A stretch of DNA of 61,626 bases, filler included, from Globobulimina sp. (taxonomy: Eukaryota), in assembly GCA_003354225.1 (NCBI GenBank). It is 24 parts of 24 records of this genome, joined end to end, with 100 filler letters (N's around TTAATTAATTAA, not from the genome) between each part and the next. Parts side by side here need not be neighbours in the genome. Positions count along the whole stretch, not along the records: positions 59,157 to 61,626 come from PIVH01006497.1; 23 more parts are not named here. One strand, given 5' to 3'. The stretch's first letter is position 1; each line of letters begins with the position of its first letter. This document shows positions 59,157 through 61,626 of the stretch, piece after piece. The position numbers were made by a program, and so were the translations under genes. The notes below the pieces were generated by a model. That model worked only from the letters and a program-made list of their open reading frames with translations. It was not told where the DNA came from and did no database searches.

Positions 59157-61626
59157 AAGCTCATACATGATTTGATAGGAAGTATCAATAACAGAAATGC
59201 TCGAAATTCATTAATCAGTCGTTTGTTACTGGATGAAGAACTGGCTCAATTGCGTCGATCACCATATGTACAATTATTAGAATACTATGGAACGCCTAAT
59301 GAATTGACATTACGGACATTAGGAATCAAGGAATGGTTACAGGACTCAGAAGTCACAAGAGCAGGGAAGAATTGGGAAACAATCACAACCTTTGGACTAG
59401 GAGAAGATAAACCCGATATCATTGAACAAGGATCATTATTGTTTGGATCAATGTACGAAGCACCAAATGATACAACAACTTTTGATGTGACAGCAGTAAT
59501 AATCCATGTTAGTAGATTAGTACTATTTCGGATTACAGATGGATCATGGCGAAGAATAACTGCTTCACGTAGAGCAGCAGGACTAACTAAGATGTACATT
59601 TCCAATGTAGGATGGCTCTCGTACATTCAAGATTACAAAGGACAATCACTTAATGGAACGGGATATCTCAAATGTTGGTTTAGAACACCACAAGAAACAG
59701 CGAAATATTGGGGTGAAGAAGACAGAGCCACAATTGATTTTCAACAACCATATGTAACTCAATTTGTACGAAATGACGAAGTAATATTACGCATTCGCAT
59801 ACAGGATCAGCCTTACGACGTATGGGACAGCGAAGGACTACCAGGACGTCCACTATTAATGCCACGTGGAACTCGTTGTCGCATGTATGCAGAAGCAGGA
59901 CAATTTACTATACGACCAAGAATTGAAGAAACCATTGGAGTAATCAGAAATTTTGTTAAAGTAACCGAACATCGGGAAGCAGATGTACGGTATGAAGGAG
60001 CAGATACTCCAAAAGATATCATAATGTGGAATGTAGTTGTAGCATCAGATGAAGGAGTTGAATCATTTATGTCGGTAAGACCTTGTTATATTACACCACA
60101 GAAAGATACATATAATGCTGACACTGCATCAGTTGGATCCTTTTGTTATATGTATTACATTCCTGATCAATTAACTAAAGTGATGATCCCTCGGGAACGA
60201 CGCATAGTCCCGGAAGGAGAAACGTCAATGACCGAAAGTAGTACATCCGAGGAAGACGGTGAAGAACATCCGAAACATGAAATGAAAATCATACCAGCTC
60301 GAGTGGTAAGGTGTGTAATTGGAGAAGAAGCATGGAGACGATTGTATGCATGGGCTACTCCATCTCGCATTAGCCTTCAATACATTCCAAAGGTTTGGCG
60401 ATTGTTACGACCAAATTTTCAAGACTTTGATTTTATTGTTATGATGTATTCCCGTGCTCATGCTCTAATGGTTCTGAATGAATTGAACATTATGAGAAAA
60501 AGAGCAGCGAAACTCAGCTTGAATATGACGGCAGTTGTCAAACATCGTTATCCAAATTTAGTCCTCGAAGTTTTTGTCCCTAAAGCACGTTTTTGCTCTC
60601 AGAAAGCGCTAAAGAAAACCATCGGTCAGTTTGCTTTTCATTTAAGCCGACCTTTAGCCATCAAATTACTACATTCAGTAATTGAACCTGAAGAAGGAGT
60701 ACAAAAATTTCTTGTAGACGATCATGTACCAGGAGGAAATGCATATGTGACAGTAATAAAGCAGGCATATGGAGAGGAAGCATTCATCCGTGACCCCAAC
60801 GGTCCATTATGGGCATCCAATGCGCTACAGACGCTTGACCCACGGTTGGTTACTGATGTACCATCCCCTGCTGACGTCACGATGATTGTTGCGGGACGCC
60901 GTATCACCATCACATTGAATCCAGTATCGGCTATTCCATTCATTGAAAGGATTCGAAAAGAAGAAGTAATCGCAATCCAATTGACACCTGCTATGAGTCA
61001 TAAAGCTCAGAAAGAAATGGTAGAACATGTAATGGAGAACAACATTTTCGGAGCATTGGAACGAGAAAAAGCATTGCCAACACACATCAAGCGACGAAAT
61101 CAAAGAGACAATGTACATGGAGCAAAAGCCGTTGAAGATAGTAACAAAAACAAATGTATCGCTTCCTTTTTGGGTGCAGAATTTGCTGGTAATATGGCGC
61201 CTTTACCGACATGTGCAAATCAATACTATTTTGCGGGTCAAGACGGGAAACAGATCGCTTTGACAAAGGAACAAAATATTTTTATTGACTCAGCATTAGA
61301 AACCTGTGGTGATGGAATTTCAGCATTACGGTCACTTATTAGCCTGATTGGCCCACCTGGTACCGGTAAATCATTGACTTTGATGGCACTTGTGAAGGTA
61401 CTCTTAGACAGATTGGCCGATGACGAGGGCAGAGTGACATTCACCAAAATTGTTGATGACAAAGTGGTTCGAGAACAAGAAGTGGTGGGGATTATAACAC
61501 CAACTCGTGAAGCCTCTTACTCATTGTGCATTAAAGCATCAGCAATGATGGATTATGGATTTGCATTAATGGCACATAAAACGAGAAGATCAGGTATATC
61601 AGTTCAAGACTTGCCTCGTTATCGTG
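59157..61626 (+). CDS. Large intron-less ORF (about 823 codons, both ends truncated) ending in a superfamily 1 helicase domain
   Basis: Manual translation from 59157 shows no stop through 61626. LTKEQ (Q motif), LIGPPGTGKS (Walker A, G at 61350) and VGIITPTREAS (motif Ia). Absent from the ORF track, probably because it has no stop codon. Confidence 0.85.

Noticed and set aside
61350-61375. Nidovirus helicase, because of GPPGTGKS
   Set aside because: The motif is shared by many SF1 helicases, and no Cys/His-rich ZBD or RdRp motifs are visible upstream.
59285-61462. Short minus-strand ORFs in the last contig
   Set aside because: They are antisense shadows of the continuous plus-strand ORF.

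Overview
This window is not a contiguous locus. It is 24 unrelated contigs of about 2.47 kb, sorted by decreasing length (2474 to 2470 bp) and joined by an artificial 100-nt spacer (N44-TTAATTAATTAA-N44), so adjacency across spacers means nothing. Most contigs are AT-rich, gene-dense eukaryotic DNA with mostly short (about 64-80 nt) GT-AG introns; the style resembles a foraminiferan (Reticulomyxa-like) protist, which is an inference. Recognisable eukaryotic genes include CK1, RPS26, DPH2, SMN, HEI10, IFT139/TTC21, NIPA, annexin, PTGES2-like GST, two MFS transporters, PqiA-like, TLC, RCC1-repeat, SPRY, C-type lectin and two 7TM-RGS paralogs. Several contigs switch abruptly between bacterial/phage and eukaryotic DNA, as expected for whole-genome-amplification chimeras. 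The most notable items are: (1) a Polinton/Maverick-like virion module (major capsid, adenain-type protease, packaging ATPase); (2) a stop-free ORF of about 820 codons, missing from the ORF track, that ends in an SF1 helicase; (3) a membrane-anchored protein with a myxobacterial-type ferritin-like domain; (4) an ADP-ribosyltransferase-like protein with H-S-E motifs; (5) scrambled or fused genes; (6) small hairpin/MITE-like repeats, two of which recur on different contigs.
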